Notes under the pieces: model-generated | Told to the model about the DNA's origin: nothing | The model's input: the letters and a program-made list of their open reading frames with translations, nothing else | Database searches by the model: none | Part shown: positions 43,280-52,897 of the stretch, one piece after another | Layout: each line of letters opens with the position of its first letter | Position numbering within the stretch: position 1 is the stretch's first letter | Source of the DNA: Chromera velia | Lineage: Eukaryota | Length of the DNA: 52,897 nucleotides | NCBI GenBank assembly: GCA_018398765.1 | Contig: JAHBMJ010000242.1 | Location: forward strand, 1 to 52,897 | Direction: 5' to 3' | Made by a program: the position numbers and the translations under genes

Positions 43280-43747
43280 GGAGAAAGGAACAGAGAGAGG
43301 CGGAGAGAGAAAGAACAAGAGAAAGAAATCGACTTCTAAACGATCCTAAAGAGTTTTGTCTCTTCTTTTCCCTTCTCTTCTCTTCTCTTCTCTTCTCTTC
43401 TTTCCCCTTCTCCTCTCTTCTCTTCTGTTCTCTTCTCTTCTCCCATCCTTTTTGTCTGTCTGAAAATGACCATGCAGGTCCTGCGGCGGTGCAGGGGCGG
43501 GCGCTTCCTCTCTTTGTTCGCTTTCTGGAAAGGCACAAGGCAGCGACAGAGAGGGGGGGACAAAGGCGACTGAAGAGTTACGCTTTTGCCGGTAAGACGC
43601 TAGAGAGAGGCATGAGAGCTTCTAGGGAGCCTTTGTCTCCATACGTCATCATGCTCTTACGCTGTGAATGGAATGTTGCAGGCAGTGCAAGAAAACGAGT
43701 GAAATAGGCATTGCTGGAAAGAAGAGAGTGCACGCCTGCACACACAC

Positions 43748-43796
<49 letters not shown>

Positions 43797-46583
43797 GAGA
43801 GAAAGAGACCGGCCCTGACAGAAGGGGGCTCTTCCCTTCCCTTCCCGTGCTGTCACGGAGGGAATGCATGATCGATCGAACTCCTTTCCGACCGCCGAGG
43901 GAGATGCGAAAGAGCTCTCGCTGGCATTCCACGGTTTGTCTTTCGTTTGTCCCCCTACCCACCTGACAGATCGTCCATCCCGGCAAGCGGTCTCCCTCCC
44001 TGCATGTCTTCAGAGAAGTCCATCGGACCGGAGGAAGCCCCCATCGTTTTTCCTCTTCTACTGCCGTTGGTGGAACGACTCTCCTTGAAGGGTAAGTTCG
44101 TTCATTCCCTTTGTTTTCTACTCTTCTTCCTCTGTTCTATTTTCTTCCGGTCTCCTCTTTTCTTCTTTAGTTTCTGCAACCGGTGAGTTAGGCGGTCCTT
44201 CGTCTGTGTCCTTGGATGCATGGACCCTTCAACAAATCGTATCTTGAATTTCAACTTTCAACACTGATGAGGTAGCGTTGACATGATGCGAGTCTCGATT
44301 GAGTGGATCTCCTCAGTGAAGTGAATGGATGAAAAGGAGGCCGCCGATTCTATTAATTCCCTTTGCCTTCCTTCAGGCAATCTGCTCGGCATAGAGGGAT
44401 TCCGCACACTGGCGAAGGGAATCAGAAGGGGCAAGGCGGCCTCCCTCAGGGTGTTGGACCTGGAGGAGACGGGGTCGGGAGGGCTGCAGGGGGAGGGACT
44501 GACTGCTGTGTGGGAGGCGATAAAGGAGAATCATGGGTTGAGGGTGGAAGAGCTGAACCTCTCAGGCAACGCCCCCGCATCCGAATCGTTGTTCAGCATG
44601 TTGTCCCGTCCTGAATCATATTGGGCAGAGCAGGAGGCGGCCTCTTCGTTGGCTTCCTTGTGTTCCGTTCTGTCTGTTTCCTCTCTGCCGTGTCTGCGCG
44701 TGTTGTTTTTGAAGAACTGCGGGCTGAGTGAATCGCAAATGCAGCAGATTGTCTCAGTGCTCGTTGAAGGAGGGCTTCCGGATCTGGAAGGTCTCGACTT
44801 GGGGGAGAATGAGTTCTCCCAGTTGAGCGGCTTGGCAAGTGCTCTGCGTGGAGAGTCGTTAACGCATTTGAAAAATCTTAACCTGATGAAGAGAAGGGGG
44901 ACGTGGCTTGCCATTGGAATATCCGACTTTCTGAGTGCTCTCAGGGCTGAAGAGTGCCCGCCCCTTCTGCACGTTGCGATTAATTTTGAAAATCTGACCA
45001 GTGAAAAAGATTTACAAGCACTGGGGGGGGGGCTGTGTCCGGCTGTGCGCTCTCTTGGCCTCTATTTCTCTCCAGCTGAGAAAGCAGCGACTTTCTTTAG
45101 GGCACTCGTGGAGTCTGCAGGGGCAGGGGAAGGGGACAAGGGGGGGAGATTTGATGTGCTGGATGTGGGTGTCCAGTCTTTGATGGGGGGCGGTGACGAG
45201 GAGTTTTTGTGTGAGTGTTTGAGATTGCTCGGGAAGGGAATTCGGGGGGGGCAGTTGGGGTTTCTAAGGAAGGTCGCGATCGAGAGGCAGCATGAATGGA
45301 GGTTTGCGTTTGGGGGGGGGGCTCCTGAAGAGCAAAGAGCAGGTAGATTTGGAGAAGCGAAGAGCTTATTCTTCTCTGCACTGAAGGAAGGAGAGTTTGT
45401 TGCCTTGTCTGAGATTTCCTTTCATTACTTCCAGCTGTCAGATGCAGAGATGGTCTTGCTAGGAGAGGCAGTCAAGGGGGGCTGTCTGTCTAACCTTCGT
45501 GTGTTAGACTTGCAGTCGAATGGAGGTGCTGCTTGTTTTGGCAGAGAGGGGATGGAGGCGCTGATGAAGGGGGTTGTTGAAAGTGACGAGGGATTGCCTC
45601 TTCTTGAGACTTTGAATCTTGCAGACACGCGAGCGGGAGAGGGGGGAGGGTGTTTGGGTGCAGCGCTCCTGTCTGGAAAGCTCCCGAGACTCTCTTCTAT
45701 TCATTTGAACAACTCCTGTCTGACTGATGAGGGTGTGAGGGGACTCGGAGATGCCGTCAGGGGGGGGGGCCTCCTTCAGGTCACGTTTTTGAACTTCATG
45801 TCGAATCCGGAGGTGAGTGAAGGGGCGTGGATGGAGTTTTTGAATGCGATCCGACAGAGCGAGAGAGGACTCCCAAAACTCACCACCCTGAATCTGTACG
45901 AAACAAAAGCAATAAATGTTGGGGGATCTATGGCGGAAGTCCTCGGATCTGGAAAGCTTCCCGCTCTTCAAAACGTTGACACCCATTTCTTTCAATTCTC
46001 CCTGGATACAGAAGGAGTCGGGCAACTGGCAGATGCCTTGCGAGAAGGCAAATTCCCTCAGCATTTGTGCGAACCACTAACATTCGGTTTGCACCCAGGC
46101 AACGTCAACGTTGATCCTCTGATCACAGCGATAGGAGAGAGCGAGAAAGGACTTCCCCCTTTTCTGCATCACCTCCACTTGAGAGGGGGGCGAGTGGGAG
46201 AGGAGGCGTTGGGTTCCCTTGCAGCAAGTGCTGTGGGGGGGTCAGGGGGGAAGTTGAAGCACTTGCAGTTATTGAACGTCTACGACTGTGCTCTTGACGA
46301 CAACAGTCTGAGAAGGTTGGGTGAGGTCTTCTCTAAGCATGGGGGGCCGAAGTTGTCGACGCTGTATCTGAGTCGAAATATGATCACTATTGAGGGGCTC
46401 AAAGCCTTTCATGACGTTCTCCGCCCAGGTTGTCTGCCCAACCTCGAGAAGTTTTCCATATTAGAAGAGGAAGGATTTGTGAAGGAAGAAGAATCTGCTC
46501 TGGCAATGCTGAGTCGAGAAATTCTGCACAGAGCAACGGGGAAATCTCAAATTGTTTTCACGAAGGGGCTTTTGACTGTCTAA
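41495..46583 (+). CDS. Leucine-rich repeat (RNI-like) protein
   Basis: Exons about 41495-41563, 41631-41903 (possible in-frame 63-nt intron 41687-41749), 42409-42463, 42672-42749, 43478-43591, 44014-44091 and 44377-46583. Many LxxLxLxxN/C repeats (LRVLDLEET, LEGLDLGEN, LRVLDLQSN, LSSIHLNNS, LSTLYLSRN) with intervening helices. Confidence 0.85.
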
Positions 46584-46820
46584 AACTCTCGTACTAGTTC
46601 CTGGAGTGTGTGAAATATATATACTGGGGATTAGGCAGCCTCTAACTACCTAACCAACTAACTGAGCAACTAACTATCTATAGTGAGAAGCTGCCGTTGC
46701 ATATACTAGATTTCGAGTCAAGATCTAAAATACGCAACGACAGCCACGCGATCTGATATTGAAAAACATCTGTGTTGTAAAGTTGCCAATGTGAATAGTT
46801 GTGATCATGTTCGAACTGTT

Positions 46821-47432
46821 GTTTTAGTCTAGGTTTTAGTATTGGAATAGAGTTTTGTAAATACTGTGAAATATTGATCGAATACCGAGAATAATATATA
46901 ATCAAGAATATAGCCATTTTATTAATACGATATGACATTTATCGATATTATCATCGATATTGATGGATCTCGCGATATACGATACTCATCCTGATTTTTG
47001 AAATTTGAATTTGTCTTGATATGCATCCGAGTCATGGTGCTAGTCATGGTGCGTTATTATATGCGTTATAAAAAAATTAAAAAAATCTTTAAATTTTTAT
47101 TCATGTTCATCCAAGTAAAAAATTGAAGCCCCAGCTATTATTCTAAGCTATATAGAGCCCCAGGCTACTTTTATTACCGTAATTTAGAAAAAATATATTG
47201 AAGTAACTTCTGATACAATTACTTGAATTAACTTGAATATTTGACAGATTTGAAAAAATAATGGTATTTTCTTTTTTTTAAGTATATAATTTAACTTCTA
47301 TAGAATAACTTTTATACTGCATACATCGATCATGATGAGTATATACATAGAATTAATGTGTATCCATGAGGTGGGGCATGACAATTGTTTGATCATGATA
47401 CAGGCTAATAGTATGCAGCGATTAGCAGCGAT
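46821..47432. repeat. Island with five footprint scars
   Basis: GTTTTAGT-CTAG-GTTTTAGT (46821-46840), TCATGGTG-CTAG-TCATGGTG (47032-47051), TGCGTTAT-TATA-TGCGTTAT (47050-47069), ACTTGAAT-TA-ACTTGAAT (47221-47238) and GCAGCGAT-TA-GCAGCGAT (47415-47432). Confidence 0.8.
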
Positions 47433-47598
47433 CGATTCACTCCGACATCGGCAGTTTTATTCTAGTCTTCTCCGGCCTGCTTGCCTGCCTCACTGCCTTC
47501 GTCTTCCTTTCTTCTTCATAATTCTTGAACGCCTGGTTTCTTCAACTCGTTCTTCGATTCTCTATTCCTTTGATGAAACCGCTGAACAACGAAGGACG

Positions 47599-48363
47599 TC
47601 ACTTGAAGGGCTTAAATATCCACTCGTTGCCGTCGTCCAGAAAGAGAAGATTGTTGTTCGACTGCAACTCTGCTCTCAGATTGAAGGGCCCTTTTCTCTT
47701 CAACTTCCCCGAAAAGTCAAACAGTACCCTGCCCCCCTTCTGCTCCTTCCACTCCTTCACCTTCGCCTCTCTATCCTTCGCACTGCTACTTGCACTGATG
47801 CTCACTAGCCCCCCTTCCTCGTCAAAGAACAACCCCGGCGCCACCCACGTAGGCCCTTCCTCAATGCCCGCGTTGTCGTTCCCGTAAATGACCGGAAGGA
47901 CCAGCACAGACTTCTCCCCATTTGCAGTCTGGACCTCCCTCTCCTCAAGCTTCACCACACGATAACCCTTGGGATGGAACTTGTCTGCGAACTTCCCTTC
48001 CACCAGGTAGCTGGACTCCGGCTCCTTTACCCCCTCGGCCAGGGTCGGAGACGGCTGTGACACTGTCCCCAGAACCGGCAGCATCAGAAGAGGAAGGGAG
48101 AAAGATGAGAAGAGACCCGTCTTCCCAGGGCCCCCTACTAGCATCTCTCGACGGCTTGAGAGAGAAATAGATGGACTGCCAGACTCGTCTACTCTCTCAG
48201 TCTCCGTCTCCGTCTCCTTGTCTCCAGAGACACTCTGCACCCTCACCCCCCACCGTCTCCCTCTAGGCCTCCCCGTTCCGACCCCAAACCGAAAACCCCA
48301 GGAAGGTACAAGGAACAGCGCAACCAGGCAGAACAGCCATGGTAGGAGGTTGTACTTTCCCAT
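47599..48363 (-). CDS. Intronless nucleus-encoded putative thylakoid lumen protein (signal peptide + transit peptide + twin-arginine signal)
   Basis: Signal peptide MGKYNLLPWLFCLVALFLVPSWG with Phe at +1, an Arg-rich transit peptide, the SRREML twin-Arg motif, a hydrophobic stretch and a TLA|EG cleavage site. The mature part is beta-rich (DKFHPKGYR...FDFSGK..GP...DGNEW). Confidence 0.75.
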   Translation of the reverse strand: MGKYNLLPWLFCLVALFLVPSWGFRFGVGTGRPRGRRWGVRVQSVSGDKETETETERVDESGSPSISLSSRREMLVGGPGKTGLFSSFSLPLLMLPVLGTVSQPSPTLAEGVKEPESSYLVEGKFADKFHPKGYRVVKLEEREVQTANGEKSVLVLPVIYGNDNAGIEEGPTWVAPGLFFDEEGGLVSISASSSAKDREAKVKEWKEQKGGRVLFDFSGKLKRKGPFNLRAELQSNNNLLFLDDGNEWIFKPFK

Positions 48364-48589
48364 CCTGTCAGACTGAAGTTGAGCAGTCACTGCTTGAGAA
48401 TAGGAGACGGCAATTGAACTCCAGGCTCTGCATGCAGGATGAAGGCCAGTGCACGAGGAAGTGCCATGAAACACGCACGGTTCCCCAGCGATACTGATCG
48501 AGTTTACTGACGTTCTGCAGCAACCCATGCTAATTCAATGCAGCTTGCCGTAATTACCACTGCTTCAATGCCAGACTGTCAGTGCCAGC

Positions 48590-48800
48590 TCCAAGGGCCC
48601 TCGCGTGACTCGTAGACGGCGGACACGGGCCCCGCGATCTCGAGGGCCAAAATTTTGTGCCGTTTTGTACGTGCATGCACTCACGCGTGTGCGCGCAAAC
48701 CGCGCGAAATTTCGTGCACGTTTCTTTCGCCGAGTTTTTTCGCGCTGAATTGCTTCAATTGCATGCATGTATGCAGTGAAATGTTTGTGACAAATTCACA
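48590..48800. promoter_or_regulatory. Putative bidirectional promoter with TGCATGCA and E2F-like sites
   Basis: TGCATGCA at 48672 and 48760, GCGCGAAA at 48702 and TTTCGCGC at 48738, between divergent starts at 48363(-) and 49168(+). Confidence 0.55.
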
Positions 48801-49167
48801 TGCAATTATATATCGATATACGTCTAGTTTGCGCACGAAGATCGGAAAGAACATCGCCAGTGAACGAGCAGAAGGACGTCACGCTTGGATCCGGAAAGTA
48901 TAGCCTGCGTCCTGCTGGTCGGCGTGAGTCTTTAGCTGTCGATTTGATTTTCGAATCGGAGTTCCACGTCTGTTGCTTTTCAACACATATTTATGTGTTC
49001 AACAATCATTGTAAGAGACGTTTCTTTATGTCGACTCTGTTCTTACACTGCCGATCTCACCTTTCGTCTGTGTCGCAACTGGTGAAGAATTTTGCAATTG
49101 ATCAGGAAGAGAAGGGAACAGGCTGGCCTATATATTGAAAGAACTCCTGTCAGATCGTTTTCTCGGC

Positions 49168-52100
49168 ATGTTCTATTTTGGAGACACACAGGACCCCTAC
49201 GAAGCCGTCGAGGGTTTCCCTTCGCGTCTTCGTACAAACGAGGATGTGGCAGGATTACCGTTGAATGATCTAGCTTTTCGGGGCCATCCACACCCATACC
49301 CCAACGCTCGACTCAGTTCCCTCCCCGGGTGGTTGGGAGCAGCTGCACAGAGGGCGTCTCCCCCCAATGACCTGCTGGGCCCTTTCCCTCTGCAGATGGG
49401 GACAAGGGATGAAGGGCTGGAGGATCTGCCTGGAGTATGTCCGGGAAAGCACATGACACAAAACCCAAATTTCGGAGCGATCCCTCCAGACGAAGTCTAC
49501 GCCCATCCCCACCCCCAGGACCCCCTCCTGGCCCTCGCCAAGAGATGCTTCAGCTGTGCGACCTTCAAAGTCCGCAGGGCAGACTGGTCCCAGTGGGCAG
49601 GCAGAGAGGAAGAACGCAGTCTGGGTCCGGTGAGTCGATTTCACTGTGCTCAGCAGGGGTCGTTGGAAGGGGGGCGAAAATGCCTTTCGGGTCCAAGTCC
49701 CTTCGGTCTTTTGTCAAAGAGATGCTCCCGGGACAGAATGGACTGGTTGCAGTTCCGCACTGTGCCCTCTACTCTGGTGGTGGCAGGGAATGGGAGGGTG
49801 CTCATCAACTGGGAGCAGATGTTTCCCCCGGGGTCGCCTGAGAGCTTCTTGGATCCGTCGGATGTCTGGGCGGTGCTCTACAAAGAGGGGAAGGGGGGGG
49901 CAGCACTCACGTCACTGCCTGTCGCACAGGTGAGCGGGAAACGATAGCAGCGCATGGGTGAGGTGTGAGTAAGTGACTGACTGACTGACTGACTAACTGA
50001 CTGACTGACTGACTGAATGAATGACTGACTGACTGACTGACTGACTGACTGACTGACTGACTGAATGAATGAATGAATGAATGAATGAATGATTGACTGA
50101 ATGATTGACTGAATGATTGACTGAATGATTGACTGACTGACTGACTGACTGACTGACTGACTGACTGACTGACTGAATGAATGAATGAATGAATGAATGA
50201 ATGAATGAATGATTGGCTGAATGATTGACTGAATGATTGACTGACTGATTGACTGATTGACTGACTGACTGATTGACCGACTGCTTGACTGACTGATTGA
50301 CTGCTTGACTGATTGACTGATTGACTGCTTGACTGAGTGACTGAGTGACTGAGTAAGTGTGTGACTGAGTGAGTGAGTAAGCGAGTGAGTGAGTGAGGGA
50401 GTGAATGAGTGAATGAGTGAGTGAGAGAGTGAGTGTGTGTGCTTGTGTGTGATGTGTGTGTGTCTATGAGAGAGACGGTGTATGTGATTGTCAATGAGCG
50501 GAAGTGCGTTTGTTTGACCACTCTCTTCTCCCTTCTCGTTCTTCTCCTTTGTGTCCCCTCTACAGAAAGAAAGCAAACCGTAGCATTACAGCGGTCGCGA
50601 GTATGTTTCCTTTAGATCAATATGTGCTTCAATATTTGTATGCCCCTCCATCTCGCCCCCCTACCCTCTCACTGGCCCCCTCGTTCTCTTCCCTTTCTCA
50701 CTACTCTCCCAAGCAGGTCCCCCTAACCTGCACCCCAGGCCTCCCCTCAGGAGAAACTCGATTGGACCTCTGGGCAAACGCTGTCAGCAGACCTCACACA
50801 ACAACAACGACAGGAGGACAGGGAAAGGAGGAAGGCAAGAAGGCGGTGTCACCAGGTACGCGCGTCTCTTCTTCTGCGTTATGCCTCTGTCTGTCTGAGT
50901 GTCTTGCTGGATGGATGACTGCATCTGGTTGAATGCCCCTCCAGCTGACTGGCTTTCTACTTCTTTCTTTCTGTCCATTTGGGTACCTGTCTGCCCCTCC
51001 ATCTGTCCATTCCTTCGCCTGTCTTTGTTGTTCTGTGCCTTCTTCCTAACCTCGGCCGCCTCTTCAAACGAGTATAGGGGGGGATGGACGTTTTTCTTCC
51101 TCTCTACTGTCAGATTTGTAATGGCACGGGGATATTTGCACTTTCTTCCTTTTCCACGAATTGGAAACGTCAGCATCCGTGTGCATGTTGTGGTATCAAC
51201 ACGCAATGACGCGACTCTGTACATGCACGTGAATGCAGGCTGGTATTTCCTCGCCCTTGTGCCCCGCAAAGTTTTGGAGACCCTAGACGAACTGCGGCAG
51301 AGACAGACGAAGACCAAGGGGGAGAAGCCAAGCTCTGAGTGGGCCAAGCCAGACTCGCTCTTCCACAGGGCAGGTGCGTTCTCTTGTCCCACCCCCACGT
51401 CCGGCAGGGTGTCCCTGGGCAGTGGGAGGGAGAACCTGCATCTGGGTCTTTGGGGTGGAGAGGGAGACAGGTGTTCGGGTGGAGAGGGAGAGAGAGGGGC
51501 ACGTCTGCGCGTTGGCAGAAGGCACAGAGAAGGGAAGACGGTGGTAGAGGTGCCCCTGGTGTCCAAACCACACCGCATTAGGGTGATAGGCACTGACCCC
51601 CTGCCGTTGATTCTGGAGGCAACCGCCAGGGGTGATCTGATGGTCAGTTGGGATGCCTCCCCCCTCCCTCTAGGCTTCCCTCTGAAGATCGTCCTCACTG
51701 ACGCACGCAAGTCCCTGACGGCCTACGAGTATTCCATACCCCTCAGAGAGTCGCAATACGGCGTGGCGACTTTAGATCTGTCAAATCAGAGACAGCTGCC
51801 TGCGGGGCCTTATAGAGTGGCCCTGCTAAGCGACGATGCGTACAAGCAGAGCGACGTCACCTTCCAAGAAGTGGACGTTGTTCTCGAACGAAACGCAAAC
51901 AAAAAACAAAAACCTTCGCAACCCTCTAACACAGGAGGCCTCCTGAGGCTTTCCCTGAGAGACCCTGAGCCCTATGAAATCTACGACGGCCGCCCCCCTC
52001 CCCGTTGTTCCCTCCCCCCCCGCCTCTCCACCCTCGTACACCCCGTCCCAGTAGCACACGAACAATTTCAGGTGGCTCCCCTCATCCGTCTCTCTACAGA

Positions 52101-52897
52101 GCCTAGACCTTCCCGCAGTTCTGCTTTGTGCTTCGGATGGGTGTTGGAGAATCCCGAAGAGACGGACTCGCCCGGTTGGTTTGGCCCTCAGTCTGTGCAC
52201 AATGTTGTTGTACTCCGCCCAGATCCTCTCTCAACAACACAGCAGCAGCAGGAAGGGGAGGGGGGGAACGACACAGTCGCAGGGTCGTCACGTGTTGTGG
52301 GAGTGGCAGAGCGAGAGCGGCTCCTAGCGTTTGTGTCTGTGGATGCGGACTTCAACAAAGGGAAGCACTACAGAGGGGGTGTGGAGGTGGAGCTGGACCC
52401 CCAAGCGCTCAGAGGAGTCACGCAAAACGGGCAGGGGGTGGTGGAGGTTCAATTTTGGTCCTCTCGGGGTGATGCCGTAGATGGTAGTCGTGAGAGTGTG
52501 ACCAGAAACTGCACTTTTGGGCCTCTAGGGTCTGTCTTTGTTGATGCCTTTACGGATAGAGAGGTGCCGCCTCCAGGACCGATAGGGGGGGTCGAGGAGA
52601 AGAGAGAGAGAGAGCCTGTTGGGAGGTGCCCCGTGGGTGACTTTGGGGCCCATGTCCGGGATGGGGAGGCCCAGAGGAGCTCCGGGGGCATGCCGGGGTC
52701 CCCCGGTTCGGCTCCCTTCGCATACGATCATCCGACTTCGCCGGGGCCCTCTGATGGGCGTGGAGCGCGGCTGTCCCAGATTGGGGTCGGCACTGAGGGA
52801 CAGAAACGACAGTCGGTGGCAGTAGGAGCGGGGGGGAGTCTTGGGGAGGGTGGGGTTGGTTATGAGGGCGCGGGGGGGGGAATGCCTGTGAGGGGCT
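49168..52897 (+). CDS. Hypothetical protein, partial (runs off the right edge); possible Ig/SKICH-like beta-sandwich modules
   Basis: Exons 49168-49929, 50717-50855 and 51239 to beyond 52897. The last is an uninterrupted frame to the window end and is absent from the ORF track. Splice phases 0 and 1 are compatible. The start codon is uncertain. Confidence 0.7.
49965..50465. repeat. Long compound (ACTG)n/(AATG)n/(AGTG)n intronic microsatellite
   Basis: About 500 bp of directly visible tetranucleotide arrays in intron 1 of the last gene. Confidence 0.95.

Noticed and set aside
44325..46583. Stand-alone 752-aa ORF or NLR immune receptor
   Set aside because: It is the last exon (from 44377) of a spliced LRR gene, and no NTPase/P-loop domain is visible.
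46655..46960. Period-12 duplications CAACTAAC-TGAG-CAACTAAC and ATCGATAT-TATC-ATCGATAT as footprints
   Set aside because: The spacers are not CTAG/TA/TATA and the sequence is low-complexity, so they were not counted as scars.

Overview
Eukaryotic, intron-rich nuclear DNA with microsatellite-filled introns and many GTCAGT/GTGAGT donors and TGCAG acceptors. The gene content (a plastid/thylakoid-targeted protein, a flagellar RSPH9, a leucine-rich-repeat protein) and the sequence style suggest a photosynthetic alveolate such as Chromera velia; this is inference. I assembled nine genes by hand from splice signals: a partial possible WD40 gene, a multi-TM protein with a C-terminal Cys4 motif, a TPR plus SAM methyltransferase (COG4976-like), a small C2HC-motif protein, a 25-exon Sec31, a 9-exon RSPH9, an LRR protein, a Tat-type thylakoid lumen candidate and a partial unknown protein. 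Eight of them form four head-to-head pairs around CpG/TGCATG-rich promoters. The main unexplained signal lies in five AT-rich islands downstream of gene 3' ends. These carry at least 12 precise 'N8-CTAG-N8', 'N8-TA-N8' or 'N8-TATA-N8' scars. One island holds an intact 197-bp MITE with CTAG termini and an 8-bp target-site duplication, directly abutting such a scar. This suggests a transposon family or removal pathway that leaves a uniform footprint. A second foldback element supplies the last codons and stop of the methyltransferase gene. All exon models are manual and unverified by RNA data.
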